Origin: Candidatus Krumholzibacteriia bacterium
Lineage (GTDB): Bacteria; Krumholzibacteriota; Krumholzibacteriia; Krumholzibacteriales; Krumholzibacteriaceae
Direction of reading: 5' to 3'
Length of the DNA stretch: 47,593 nt
Assembly (NCBI GenBank): GCA_026387805.1
Contig: JAPLKY010000206.1
Location: 1-47,593, forward strand
This document shows positions 1 through 10,059 of the stretch, in pieces. The notes under the pieces were generated by a model. It made no database searches. It saw only the letters and a list, made by a program, of their open reading frames with translations, and was not told where the DNA came from. The position numbers were made by a program, and so were the translations under genes. Each line of letters starts with the position of its first letter. The stretch's first letter is position 1.

Positions 1-1
1 G

Positions 2-943
2 AAGTTGAAACTGCCCCCCTCGAAAGAGTATCTGGGACAGGAGATCGACAATATAATCGAAGCGTGTCATATAATCGGCAAGCAGGTTCTGGGAGGTGGC
101 TTGGCGGATTTGAACGTCGCTCAAATCAAATCGTACAACAAACTCGTTCTCAAGAACCTGCCCCTGGACGAGGCGGTTATCCCCGGCGAAATCAGGCAGC
201 ATGATGTTTTTGTCGGCCGCTATAAAGGAGCGCCTCCCCAGGATTGCGAATTCCTCGTGGAGGGACTGTGCAAGTGGATCAATTCGGAGATCGCTGTTCC
301 ACAAGGTTACGAGATCGCCTTTGGAATAATAAAAGCGATCTTGGCTCATATCTACATTGCCTGGATACATCCGTTTGCTGACGGCAATGGTCGAACCGCA
401 AGATTGATCGAGTTCCAGATTCTTCTCGGCGTGGGGATTCCGGCTACAGCCGTGCATCTGTTGAGCAACCATTATAATCAAACGCGGAGCGAATATTACC
501 GCCAGCTCGATATAGCACATAAATCCGGCGGCAATATCTTCCCGTTTTTGGATTATGCCTTGCGCGGATTCATCGACGGCCTGAAGGAGCAGATTGATGC
601 AATCAAGAAACAACAAATGGCAGTTCACTGGATCAACTATGTGCATTCGATCTTCAAGGACAGAGACTCCGTAACCGATCTGAGGAGAAAGAGACTTGTG
701 CTTGATCTGGCAGGGCAGAATGCACCCGTTCCCCTTGCTCAAGTGAGATATATTACTCCTCGCATCGCAGAGACGTACGCGCGCAAGACCGAAAAGACCG
801 TGAAGCGGGACATTAACGCGCTCAAGACAATGAATTTGATTGAGCAGGATTCGGGCGCGATCAGGGCAAAGCAAGAAGTCATGCTCGCCTTCCTTTCGCC
901 GATACGAAAGAGCAAAGGTCCTCAGGCGGCAAATAAAGACTAG
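2..943 (+). CDS. Fic/DOC family protein, 5' end probably cut by the window edge
   Basis: The reading frame of ORF 5..943 is open to the window start. It has the canonical Fic motif HPFADGNGRTARL (nt 368-406). The C-terminal KRDINALKTMNLIEQ looks like a winged-helix. The motif sits at residue ~122, earlier than in most full-length Fic proteins, so the N-terminus is likely missing. Confidence 0.85.
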   Translation, partial: KLKLPPSKEYLGQEIDNIIEACHIIGKQVLGGGLADLNVAQIKSYNKLVLKNLPLDEAVIPGEIRQHDVFVGRYKGAPPQDCEFLVEGLCKWINSEIAVPQGYEIAFGIIKAILAHIYIAWIHPFADGNGRTARLIEFQILLGVGIPATAVHLLSNHYNQTRSEYYRQLDIAHKSGGNIFPFLDYALRGFIDGLKEQIDAIKKQQMAVHWINYVHSIFKDRDSVTDLRRKRLVLDLAGQNAPVPLAQVRYITPRIAETYARKTEKTVKRDINALKTMNLIEQDSGAIRAKQEVMLAFLSPIRKSKGPQAANKD

Positions 944-1006
944 AAACGCCGCCAGTGCGCCTTTCTTCGGGATCAAGCCGCGGCGAGCGGATCTCGCAGA
1001 GATTCG

Positions 1007-2041
1007 TCAGCGATAGCGCCCCTTGATCTCTCCCCACGTCGCCCGCCGCGCCGCGTCGGGTTGCGCGCAGCCCGGCTCATCGTATGCGCCCATCGATCCG
1101 CAGCTCTGGACGAGCGCCAGCGATCCTTCGAGGAGGGAGAGCTTATCCGCCGCGAGGTCGCAGAAGAGGGGATCCGCGGATATATTGCCATCGACGCCGG
1201 TCCGATCCGCGATCGCGCCGGCATAGTTGAAGCCTCCCGCCGGTCCGTTGTTCCAAACGTCGCAGCACGAGACGTTGTATATGCCCCCCGCGTCTCCGAA
1301 CAATCCGGCGGTTCCGTTGACCGCCACGATATCGCCGGCGATCGTCTGCGTATACGGCTTGCCCCCCGAGGCGACGTGGATTCCGGCGCCGGCATTTCCG
1401 GCGATCGTATTGCCACGCATCGACGAGGTCCCCTCGACGATCTCGATGCCGTGCCCCGCATTGTCATGAATCGCGTTCCCCGCGACCTCGCTGTACGAGT
1501 GCGTGATCGAAACGCCCGATGCGCCGTTGTCGCGGATCTCGTTGCCGGCGATTCTGGCCTTCCCCCCGCTCAGCTCCGCTTCTACGCCGTGCCCCGAATG
1601 GCCGCGAACGCGGTTTCCCTCTATCTTGACGTCCGAATAGGCGCCGCCGGGACACCCGGCGATAATGATCCCGCTCCCGCCCGATCCCGCAATATCGCAG
1701 TCCGCGACGACGGTGAGCGTGTTGCAGAGAATCCTCACCTGTCCGTTGATCGTGAAACCCCTGACGACGATCTTGCTCGAATTCACCAGCGCGAGATCGC
1801 CACTCAGCGTCGTCGCCGCGCGGCCCCCGCTGCTCACCAGGTGAACGTTGCCCTTGGTGTCAAAGAGAACCTGGGGCTCGGTGTACGTCCCCGGCGCCAC
1901 GAGGATCGTATCCCCGTTCCCGGCCCGATCGACGGCGGCCTGAATCGTCGCATAGGCGCCCGGCACTTTCAGCGTCGTCGCCGCGACCGCCGGCCCGAGG
2001 AACATCAGGATGCCGCATTGTATCCATATCGCAGCGCGCAC
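1007..2041 (-). CDS. secreted right-handed parallel beta-helix repeat protein (NosD/pectin-lyase-fold-like)
   Basis: 344-aa ORF with signal peptide MRAAIWIQCGILMFLGPAVAA. It contains tandem GNxIxxNxGxGI units (GNEIRDNGASGVSI, GNAIHDNAGHGIEI, GNTIAGNAGAGIHV) and ends ...TWGEIKGRYR. Confidence 0.75.
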   Translation of the reverse strand: MRAAIWIQCGILMFLGPAVAATTLKVPGAYATIQAAVDRAGNGDTILVAPGTYTEPQVLFDTKGNVHLVSSGGRAATTLSGDLALVNSSKIVVRGFTINGQVRILCNTLTVVADCDIAGSGGSGIIIAGCPGGAYSDVKIEGNRVRGHSGHGVEAELSGGKARIAGNEIRDNGASGVSITHSYSEVAGNAIHDNAGHGIEIVEGTSSMRGNTIAGNAGAGIHVASGGKPYTQTIAGDIVAVNGTAGLFGDAGGIYNVSCCDVWNNGPAGGFNYAGAIADRTGVDGNISADPLFCDLAADKLSLLEGSLALVQSCGSMGAYDEPGCAQPDAARRATWGEIKGRYR

Positions 2042-2122
2042 GTGGGATCCCTTCCTTATATGCAGCTTCCGCTCAAAAATATTTTATCACACCCGGGGGC
2101 TTTGAGCTACAATTCCGCCACC

Positions 2123-2908
2123 ATGCTGTTCGAAACGAAGAAGAAGCGCCGCGAGCGCCTCAAGAAGACGCCGTTCCCATCCGATCAGCTCGCGATCGTC
2201 GAGCGCAACGTGCCGTATTATCGCTTTCTCCCGCCGGCCGATCAAGAGGAGCTCCGGGGGCTCGTTCAGATCTTTCTCGCCGAGAAGAAGTTCGAGGGGT
2301 GCGACGGTCTCCTGATCACGGACGAGATCCGGCTCACGATCGCCGCGCAGGCATGCATGCTCCTGCTCCACCGGAAAACCGATATCTATCCCCTCCTGCA
2401 GTCGGTCCTCGTCTATCCGCGCGCGTTCGTCGCCCCGCTGAAGGAACGCGGGCCGGGCGGTGTCGTGATCGAGGACTTCGAGGAGCGCGACGGCGAATCG
2501 TGGGACATCGGAGCCCTCATCCTCTCGTGGGACGACGTTCTGGAAAGCGTCGCTGACGTCCACGACGGTTACAACGTCGTGTTCCACGAGTTCGCCCATC
2601 AGCTCGACGACGAATCGGGGATCGCGGACGGGGCGCCTCCGCTGCCGGAACAATCGATGTACGCCGATTGGTCGCGCGTCCTCGGCGCGGAGTACGACGC
2701 GCTCGTCGAAGCCGTGGAGCGCCACCGGCCGACGCTGCTCGACGAGTACGGCGCCGAGAGTCCCGCCGAGTTCTTCGCCGTCGCGACCGAGGCGTTCTTC
2801 GAGTTGCCGCACGATCTCAAGGCCGCTCACCCGGAGCTCTATGAGCAGCTCTCCCGCTACTACCGGCAGGATCCCGCCTCGTACACGCCTGCGGCCCCGC
2901 GTCGCTGA
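2123..2908 (+). CDS. zinc metallopeptidase, M90 (MtfA-like) family
   Basis: ATG at 2123 lies in frame inside the artefactually long ORF 1061..2908. It carries HEFAHQLD (nt 2585-2608), a downstream AEFFAVATEAFFE, and an N-terminal layout (PYYRFLPPADQEELRGLVQIFLAEKKFEG) typical of this family. Confidence 0.8.
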   Translation: MLFETKKKRRERLKKTPFPSDQLAIVERNVPYYRFLPPADQEELRGLVQIFLAEKKFEGCDGLLITDEIRLTIAAQACMLLLHRKTDIYPLLQSVLVYPRAFVAPLKERGPGGVVIEDFEERDGESWDIGALILSWDDVLESVADVHDGYNVVFHEFAHQLDDESGIADGAPPLPEQSMYADWSRVLGAEYDALVEAVERHRPTLLDEYGAESPAEFFAVATEAFFELPHDLKAAHPELYEQLSRYYRQDPASYTPAAPRR

Positions 2909-2921
2909 ACCCGCGCAGATG

Positions 2922-5153
2922 TCAGTACGCGCCGATAGCCCATTCGTCGAAGATGACGTCGGCGATGGAATCCACCTGCGCGCGATTGAAGAACCAGAGC
3001 GGGAATCCGAAGTGCACGCTCGGCGCATCCACGGCGTTCGGGGCGTCCGCGATGACTCCCGCGAATCTCGTCGTCCAGAACGCCACGACGTCGCCGTTTA
3101 TGGCGGAAAGCACGTTCCGGGTTCTCATCCGGTACATCGGGCTGAAGCACAGCTGTCTGCTCGTGTTGATCGTTCGCATCCAGTACGTCGGATTGTACAC
3201 CTCCACGTAGGTGAATCCCTGCACCTTGGGATCGAAGAACATCCCGTCCTTCGTGACCTGGCTCCAGAGCGTGAGCTTGTTGGGCAAATCGGGATGCCCC
3301 GTCGTGAGCGGCTCCCGGGTGTCCTTGAAGGCGTGTGCCATGGCGTCGTAGTCGATGCGCCGATCGGGCATCCGGGGATCGATGCGCGGAGCGGGTCTGA
3401 CCTTGTCGATGACGGTCACGCAATACGTCCGGTAAGCGATGCTGTTGACGCCGCTCGTGTCGCCTTCGCACCCCGTGCTCTGTCCCGCGATCTCGCACCG
3501 GAGGTTCCGGGGGAACGACTGATTCGTGATGGAGAGCACCGCCCCGAGGCCTCCCCGCGAATCGGATTTTCCCTCCGTCCAGATGTGCCCTCCGGCCGAT
3601 GCGTAATACGCGAGGTAGTTGAACCTCGCGCTCCTCGTTTCGGTGATCCACGATTCGGGCGTGAACCGGACCATGTCGTCCCACGCCATGACGTCGTCAC
3701 CCGCCGAATAGGTCCAGATGATGTTCTTGTATTTCCACAGGATCTCGATATCCGGCTCGAGGAAGCTCTTGCTGGCCGTTTCGTAGACGTCGGAGCCCGG
3801 ATCGAAATCCCTCGCCCTGCTGCAGACATGCAGCCAGAAATCGTCGTGCTCCTTTTCCGTCGGGAAGGCGTAGCTGGTCTGGGGAAAATTGGTCGAGTAG
3901 AAATCGTCGACCCAGAGCAGATTCCTCGTCATCTTCATGGGAAAGATCGTGAATTCGAACTGGGCGAGCGTCGTCGTGCCCATGTTGTCCGTCGCTTCGA
4001 TGTAAAGCGTATGGACTCCCGCGCGGAACGACGTTAGCGGCGCCGCCCTGACGAGCGGCGAGGGGAGCACGTCCCATTCGCTCGGATCGGAGAGATCCAC
4101 GACGTCCCACCCGTACCGGTACGAGCTCACGATGGCGCCGTAGGCCGACGCGTCGGCCGTCCAGCCGAAATCGAGCGTGAACCCGCCGGGGACGCGAAAC
4201 GTCTCTACCCTGTTCCTTCCGCCGATGAAGGTGTAAGAGCCGAGGTTCCGCTCTCTCACCGTGAGCAGCGGCCCCGGAGGATTGAACACCCTGAATATCC
4301 TCACGTTCTGGCCCGCATCGAACACGGACGTCACGGCGCCCGCTTCGTCCTTGGCCTGCACGGCGAATATGTATCCGAATCCCTTCGCGACGATCTCATC
4401 GTCGCCGATAATGGTCGACGTTCCGGAATCTCCCGGGGCGTGATACGGGATCCACGGACACCAGCGGCTCTCGAAATTCTCCGGATTCCTGTTCAGATCC
4501 TCGATGATGCTCAGCGAGTGGGTGGCGAGAAAATAGCGGATCGATTCGGGCTCCTGAACGTTCCACGGATCGTCGATCGGGTCTTCCCCCCTCCACGTGA
4601 ACCTGACGAGCGAAGGGAGCTGCTGCTCCCTCCCGGCAAACGCGTTGTGGGGGGACTCGATCACGGCGTAAGGGGCAAGGGTGCTCGCCGTGAACGACCG
4701 GTAGGCCGCTCTTGATCTCGTTCCTTTGTCGTCCACCGCCCTGATGAAGAACGTATGGACTCTCCGGCAATATGAGGAGTACTTGCCGACGCCGACGTTC
4801 ACCTCTTCGCCGTTCTCGGAGGCCGAAAACGCGAACGTGCTGTCCGTGCAGTGGATCTTCGTCCATGCACCGAGGCCGGTCGTATCGGCGGGATCGAAGC
4901 CTCCGGGGCTTCCGTCGCACATGACGTATTCGTAGCCCTCCACGGTGCCGTCGGGGTCGTTTCCCATCCAGCTGAACTTGATCCGGTAGCTCGTCGTGTC
5001 CCCCTCGGGAGGACCGCCGGTAAGGCGAACCGTCGGAGCCTGGTTCAAGGCCGGATCGCCGATAAAGGTGCTCTCGTCGCAGCCGAAAAGACACGCGAGA
5101 GCGAGCGCGCAAACGAGAACCGCAATCGATGGATATCCGCGCATGCGCATCAT
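2922..5153 (-). CDS. uncharacterised large lipoprotein (cassette copy 1, downstream gene)
   Basis: 743 aa with a signal peptide and lipobox (...ALACLFGC-DES). Its ATG overlaps the stop of the upstream gene (ATGA at 5150-5153). It is a paralog of 7829..10054. I recognised no catalytic motif. Confidence 0.85.
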   Translation of the reverse strand: MMRMRGYPSIAVLVCALALACLFGCDESTFIGDPALNQAPTVRLTGGPPEGDTTSYRIKFSWMGNDPDGTVEGYEYVMCDGSPGGFDPADTTGLGAWTKIHCTDSTFAFSASENGEEVNVGVGKYSSYCRRVHTFFIRAVDDKGTRSRAAYRSFTASTLAPYAVIESPHNAFAGREQQLPSLVRFTWRGEDPIDDPWNVQEPESIRYFLATHSLSIIEDLNRNPENFESRWCPWIPYHAPGDSGTSTIIGDDEIVAKGFGYIFAVQAKDEAGAVTSVFDAGQNVRIFRVFNPPGPLLTVRERNLGSYTFIGGRNRVETFRVPGGFTLDFGWTADASAYGAIVSSYRYGWDVVDLSDPSEWDVLPSPLVRAAPLTSFRAGVHTLYIEATDNMGTTTLAQFEFTIFPMKMTRNLLWVDDFYSTNFPQTSYAFPTEKEHDDFWLHVCSRARDFDPGSDVYETASKSFLEPDIEILWKYKNIIWTYSAGDDVMAWDDMVRFTPESWITETRSARFNYLAYYASAGGHIWTEGKSDSRGGLGAVLSITNQSFPRNLRCEIAGQSTGCEGDTSGVNSIAYRTYCVTVIDKVRPAPRIDPRMPDRRIDYDAMAHAFKDTREPLTTGHPDLPNKLTLWSQVTKDGMFFDPKVQGFTYVEVYNPTYWMRTINTSRQLCFSPMYRMRTRNVLSAINGDVVAFWTTRFAGVIADAPNAVDAPSVHFGFPLWFFNRAQVDSIADVIFDEWAIGAY

Positions 5154-7690
5154 CGTATCACCACGAATTTCCCGACGAACCTCGGGAATCGCCCGTCATC
5201 CGGTTCGACGCTGAAGAGATAGACGCCGCTCGTGACGGTCTGCCCGTTTCGCGATACCAAGTTCCATGCAAGAGTGCCGTTTCCGGCGCTCCCGTTGTGG
5301 CGAAGGATCTGCACGAGATCCCCCGCGACGGTGAATATGCGCACAGTGTTCGGACACTTCGGGAGGTTCCGGAATTCGGCCTTCTCTCCCGAAGGATCCG
5401 CGTTGTTCGGTTGGAACGTCCACGGCGCCATCGCTTCGCGCGTGACCGGATTCGGCACGACGTAGACGGCCTTCTCCGCGAAATCTTCCGCTTCCTGGGC
5501 TTCCGACCGCGGCATCGCGTACACGAAATTCGCGTAGGGCGTATCCGCCCGCCCCATGCCCTTCGGCTTGCCGTTGGAGTAGAGCGGCTCATAGGCGATG
5601 ACGGAGTAGAAATAGGGAATCCCGTTCTTCACGTCGTGGTCGACGTATCGGTAGTATTGTCTGCCGCCATCATAGCCGAGATTCCACCGCGCGAGCGCCT
5701 CCAGCGTGTCGCATTCCGCCTCCGTGACTCCGGGAGGGCAGGGGACCTTGCCGAACGGATCGTAGTAGAGATTCTCCTCGAAGGCCTTGAGCAACAGCGC
5801 TTTCCCTTCCACCTGCTGAAGAGGCTCGTATTGAAATCCGCCGTCGGCCCACGGTTTCTCGAGATCGATGTTCGGCTCGACGTCGTTCATGAGATCGCGG
5901 CTGTCGAGCAGGTGCCACAGATCGTCGCTCGGCCCGCTCGCTATCGTGGTCCCGGACGGTCGGTGCCATTCGTCCGCCCTCCACACCTGATAGCCCTCGA
6001 AGTCCTTCTTCAGCGTAATGGGATCGGGTGTGATCTCGCTCAGGTTATCCCAGATCAGGCCGACGACGCCGTCGCCGACGACGGCGCGCATGTTGGGCGG
6101 CGGCGGCGTTTCGCTCGTGATCCAGTTGATCCGGCTCTCGCGGCCGTTGATGCCCGTTTGAAAATCCCGGAAGTACATCGATCCCTTGAAGCAATCGGGA
6201 TAGTTCCAGAGCTCCGTCTCTTCGAAGCAATCGGCGTTTATCCAGATCGTGTCGCGAACGGCGACCTTGACCTTCTCCTGGCTATTGCAGGGATCGGGGT
6301 AGATCCCGTCTTTGGCGGAGCCTTCGTCGCCTATGAAGATCGATTCGCGGCCGTTGACTCCCGTATTGCGGTTCTTGTCCTTATCGACCCATGTGCCGTT
6401 GTAGATGAGCTTCATATACGCCGCGTTGTCGAGAAACTCATCGAGCCCCTTGCCGGCCGTGTACGCGATATCCAGCGCTATCGATTGCCCGGGACCGAGG
6501 AAGAACGGCCCCACGCTCATGAGAGCCTTGTAGTCGTTCGGCTGATCCGTGTTGGGTTGAAATACGCTTCTCGAGAGAAGCTCATAGCGCTGGAAGTCGT
6601 TGATCGGTTCGCCGCCGCGCTCGTACGGAAGCAAGCCGGCGAAAATGCGAATCGCCGCGGGAGACTCCTGCAATCTTTCAGCGGTCCCGTCGCTCATGAC
6701 CATCTGGGTCCCGAGAAGCACGACGCCGAAATAGCCTTGGGTCTTGCCGCCGTCCCCATCGTTGTCATAGACATAGAGCGTGCTGATCCTCTCGGGCATC
6801 TCGACGCCTCCGCCGATGGGAGCGCACCAAGTGCCCGACCATGAACCGATAAGATCGTCCTTGAAGTAAGTCGGATAATTCCTCGGTCCCGCGTCGAGAT
6901 CGGCGTATATTCCGAAATAGACGTTCTGGAGAAACCTGCCGCCCTCGTTGCCGATATCATAATGCACGCCCACGGAGTTGTAGCTGCTTTCCTCGCTCCA
7001 CTGGTACGTCTCCTGCCGAACTTTGATATTGAGCGGCGCGTGATTCGGCCATACCCGTCGCGCGACGGGTTGGTCGTCCGTGAACCAGCAGGAATACATG
7101 AGCTTCCCGATGGCGGCGAAATCCTCGTCGATGAGCCCGTCCCGGTCGTCGTCGCGCCCGTTGAGCCAGTCCTCGTTGATTCGCCCGTCGCCGTCGTCGT
7201 CGGGATTTGCGGGGTAATTGCGCCCCCCCTTCGACCCTTCGCTCGTCTTGTAGATGATATCGACCGGACTATCCGTGGGATAGAACTCCATTTCGGGGTA
7301 GCTGGTCGAGACCGAGGGCACTCCGTCGACCTCGGCTCCGATCCATAGTCCGGCGGCGTAGAGATATTCGACCCCGCTTCCCGCGGGCCATTGGGCCGAA
7401 GGAGAATCGGCCATTGGATAGCTGCTCTTGGGAAGCGATCCGAGAAAGCCGAAGTTCGTCACGTTCATCTGGAGGTTTCCGGCAGAGGTTACGGCGCTTC
7501 CGTCCAGGACGATCGACCGGCTGACCGCATCGAACTTGCCTTTGAGATTCTGCCCGCGTTCCTGAGCGTGCGCAGGTCCGCGCATAGCCATAACCGCCGC
7601 CACGACAATAGAATAGCTCGCCGCGCGCAGAAAATATGAACGCCGGAACACGAAAAGCGCCTCCCACCCTCCCTGGATTATCCGGGGCAA
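5150..7690 (-). CDS. large secreted protein with acidic DxDxDG Ca-binding-type repeats and a FlgD-Ig/T9SS-like C-terminal domain (cassette copy 1, upstream gene)
   Basis: 846-aa ORF from a TTG at 7690. An in-frame GTG at 7651 preceded by GGGAG is a likelier start, giving MFRRSYFLRAASYSIVVAAVMAMRGPAHA. It contains DDDGDGRINEDWLNGRDDDRDGLIDEDF and a C-terminus VVPNPV...VRIFTVAGDLV...SGVYLFSVEP...GKFVVIR. Confidence 0.85.
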   Translation of the reverse strand: MPRIIQGGWEALFVFRRSYFLRAASYSIVVAAVMAMRGPAHAQERGQNLKGKFDAVSRSIVLDGSAVTSAGNLQMNVTNFGFLGSLPKSSYPMADSPSAQWPAGSGVEYLYAAGLWIGAEVDGVPSVSTSYPEMEFYPTDSPVDIIYKTSEGSKGGRNYPANPDDDGDGRINEDWLNGRDDDRDGLIDEDFAAIGKLMYSCWFTDDQPVARRVWPNHAPLNIKVRQETYQWSEESSYNSVGVHYDIGNEGGRFLQNVYFGIYADLDAGPRNYPTYFKDDLIGSWSGTWCAPIGGGVEMPERISTLYVYDNDGDGGKTQGYFGVVLLGTQMVMSDGTAERLQESPAAIRIFAGLLPYERGGEPINDFQRYELLSRSVFQPNTDQPNDYKALMSVGPFFLGPGQSIALDIAYTAGKGLDEFLDNAAYMKLIYNGTWVDKDKNRNTGVNGRESIFIGDEGSAKDGIYPDPCNSQEKVKVAVRDTIWINADCFEETELWNYPDCFKGSMYFRDFQTGINGRESRINWITSETPPPPNMRAVVGDGVVGLIWDNLSEITPDPITLKKDFEGYQVWRADEWHRPSGTTIASGPSDDLWHLLDSRDLMNDVEPNIDLEKPWADGGFQYEPLQQVEGKALLLKAFEENLYYDPFGKVPCPPGVTEAECDTLEALARWNLGYDGGRQYYRYVDHDVKNGIPYFYSVIAYEPLYSNGKPKGMGRADTPYANFVYAMPRSEAQEAEDFAEKAVYVVPNPVTREAMAPWTFQPNNADPSGEKAEFRNLPKCPNTVRIFTVAGDLVQILRHNGSAGNGTLAWNLVSRNGQTVTSGVYLFSVEPDDGRFPRFVGKFVVIR

Positions 7691-7828
7691 AACATGAGCA
7701 CCTTACTGCACCAATATATCATACGCTCGGGGACGAGTAAAGTTCCTTAACGGGGCGGTCCGGGCGGGCGGTCGAGACGGCCTGCTTGCGGCGCGAGTCC
7801 CCGGTTCATCCCGCCGCCATTGTCTCCC

Positions 7829-10054
7829 CTAGTACTCGCCGATTTCCCATTCGTCGAAGATGGCGTCGGCTATCGAATCGACCTGGGCGCGGTTGAAGTA
7901 CCAGAGGGGCAGCCCGAAGTGCACGCTCGGAGCGGCGATGGCGCCCGGAACGGGCGCGGCCACATCGGCGTACTTCGTCGTCCAGAACGCAATCACCGCC
8001 CCGTTGATCGCCGAGACGGAGTTGCGCGCCCGCATGCGGTACAGAGGATGGAAGCAGGACTGCGAGCTTTCCCCGACGAAATCCATCCAGAACTGGACGT
8101 CGTACACCTCGACAAAGGTGAATCCCCTGACCTGGGGATCGAAGAAGTTGCCGGGCTTCGTCACCGTCGACCAGAGCTGAAGCTTGCCGGGCATGCCGGG
8201 ACGCGCCCCCGTGACCTCATCGAGCGGGTCGAGATAGCCGTAGCTCATCGCGTCCCATTCGATCCGTCTCTCGGGGACGAACCACCAAAAGGTGTTTCGG
8301 GGCATCGCCAGGACCTTGTCCAGCACGGAGACGCAGTAATCCCTGTACGCCATGCTCTCGACCCCGCTCGTATCATCCGCGCAGTCCCATTGCGGCCCGT
8401 CGATCTCGCATCTCAGGTACAGGGGAAACCGCTGCGCGTTCTCGGAGAGAACCGCGGCGAGCCCTCCCTGCCTGTCCGATCTCCCGCAGGTCCAGAGGTG
8501 CCCGCCCGAAGCCATGTAATACGCAAGAAGATTGAACGTGGAGTGGCCAAGCGTGGAAATGTGGCTCTCCGGAGTGAATCTTACCATGTTGTCCCACGTG
8601 CCGAATCTGCTGTCGGACGAATAGGTCCATATGATGTTCCGGTATTTCCAGAGGAGCTCGGGGCGCGGCGGAATGAAACTCAAGTCCTTGGTGTCGAACA
8701 CGTCGCGGTCGGGCTTGAAGTCCCGCGCGCGCGCGCAGATCCTGAGCCAGAATTGATCGTGCTCCTTCTCGGTCGGAAAGGAGTAATCGATCTGAACGAA
8801 ATCGGTCGAATAGAAATCGTCGACCCAGAGCAGGTTTCTGCTCATATCGATGGGGAAGATGCTGATCTCTATTTGCGCGAGCGTTGAATAGCCGTTGTTG
8901 TCGACGGCCTCGACGAACAGCGTGTGGACGCCCGAGCTGAAGCTCCGCGGCGGCGCCCAGGTCGTATAGGGACTCAGGGGCACCTCCCATTCGTTCGGAT
9001 TGGATAGATCCGCGACGTCCCATCCGTACCGGTAGCCGCTGATTATACCCCCGTATTCGCTCGCATCCGCCTTCCACGTAAAACTGAACACGAAGTTGGC
9101 GGGAAGGGAGAACGTCTGCGGCCGGCCCTTGGTGCCGAGAAACTTGTGCAGGCCGAGAAACGTCTCTTTGACCGCGAGCTCCGGCCCCACGACCTTGAGG
9201 AGCGCAAAGACCCGGACGTTCGATCTCATGTCGAATATCGACGTGACGGCCCCGGCATCGTCCTGAGCCTGGACGGCGAACACGTAACGTTTCTGCATGT
9301 CGAGCATCTCGTCGTCCCCGATGATGGTGGACACGCCCGAGTCGCCCGGCGCGTCGGTCGCGATCCACGGGGACCAGCGCGATTCGAAGCTGCCGAGGTG
9401 CTCGTTCAGCTCCTGCACGGTGCTGTCGGTAAAGACCGTGAGAAGATACCGGATCGAGTCGACCTTCGCGACGTGCCACGGATCGTCTCTCGGATCGATG
9501 CCCTCCCAGTGAAACCGAACGATCGGCGGCAGCGTCTGCGCGTGGCCCGGAAAGGCGTTGGGCGGAAAATCGATATTGACGCCCGGGGCCAGCGTCCAGG
9601 TGGTGAACGAGCGGTATGCCGGCTCAGACCGGCTTCCCCGATCGTCGACTGCCCTGACGAAGAAGGTGTGCGTTTTCTTGAATCGCGAGAACTGGTTCCC
9701 CCCTATCGTCAGGGTCGTATCGTATTGATCCGCGGCGAGCTTGAAGATGCTGTCGGTGCGCGCTGTCTTCGTCCACTTATCGAGCCCCGTCGTGTCCTGC
9801 CGGTTGAACCCGAGAGGGGCGCCGTTGCAGATGACGAACTCGTAGCGTTCGACCTTTCCGTCGCGGTCCTCCCCCAGCCAGCTGAGCTCGACCTTGTATC
9901 CCACGACGTCCTGCTCCACCGGGCCGTTCACGAGCTTGATCGTCGGCGGCGCGTTCGTTCCGGTCGAACCGATGAACGCGTTATCCGAGCAACCCCCGCA
10001 GAAGATCGCCGCGGCGGCGAACAGGATCGGGATTCTCCGGCCGTGCATGCTCAT
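7829..10054 (-). CDS. uncharacterised large lipoprotein (cassette copy 2, downstream gene)
   Basis: The track ORF runs to 10333, but that extension overlaps the upstream gene and is Arg-rich. ATG at 10054 (or 10048) gives MSMHGRRIPILFAAAAIFCGGC-SDN and lies 5 nt after the upstream stop at 10060. It is a paralog of 2922..5153. Confidence 0.85.
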   Translation of the reverse strand: MSMHGRRIPILFAAAAIFCGGCSDNAFIGSTGTNAPPTIKLVNGPVEQDVVGYKVELSWLGEDRDGKVERYEFVICNGAPLGFNRQDTTGLDKWTKTARTDSIFKLAADQYDTTLTIGGNQFSRFKKTHTFFVRAVDDRGSRSEPAYRSFTTWTLAPGVNIDFPPNAFPGHAQTLPPIVRFHWEGIDPRDDPWHVAKVDSIRYLLTVFTDSTVQELNEHLGSFESRWSPWIATDAPGDSGVSTIIGDDEMLDMQKRYVFAVQAQDDAGAVTSIFDMRSNVRVFALLKVVGPELAVKETFLGLHKFLGTKGRPQTFSLPANFVFSFTWKADASEYGGIISGYRYGWDVADLSNPNEWEVPLSPYTTWAPPRSFSSGVHTLFVEAVDNNGYSTLAQIEISIFPIDMSRNLLWVDDFYSTDFVQIDYSFPTEKEHDQFWLRICARARDFKPDRDVFDTKDLSFIPPRPELLWKYRNIIWTYSSDSRFGTWDNMVRFTPESHISTLGHSTFNLLAYYMASGGHLWTCGRSDRQGGLAAVLSENAQRFPLYLRCEIDGPQWDCADDTSGVESMAYRDYCVSVLDKVLAMPRNTFWWFVPERRIEWDAMSYGYLDPLDEVTGARPGMPGKLQLWSTVTKPGNFFDPQVRGFTFVEVYDVQFWMDFVGESSQSCFHPLYRMRARNSVSAINGAVIAFWTTKYADVAAPVPGAIAAPSVHFGLPLWYFNRAQVDSIADAIFDEWEIGEY

Positions 10055-10059
10055 GCCCT

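Noticed and set aside
5129-6844. Long ORFs antisense to, or out of frame with, the large genes in the GC-rich flanks. Examples are 2841..4037, 5129..6844, 7820..8887, 9146..10387, 10207..12783 (858 aa), 37815..39266, 39326..40078, 40075..41112, 40872..41672 and 41669..42859, plus many shorter ones.
   Set aside because: They lie fully inside genes that have clear domain signatures on the other strand or frame. Their products are low-complexity Arg/Pro/Gly/Asp-rich strings with no motifs. Such shadow ORFs are expected at ~65-70% GC, and they disappear in the low-GC middle block.
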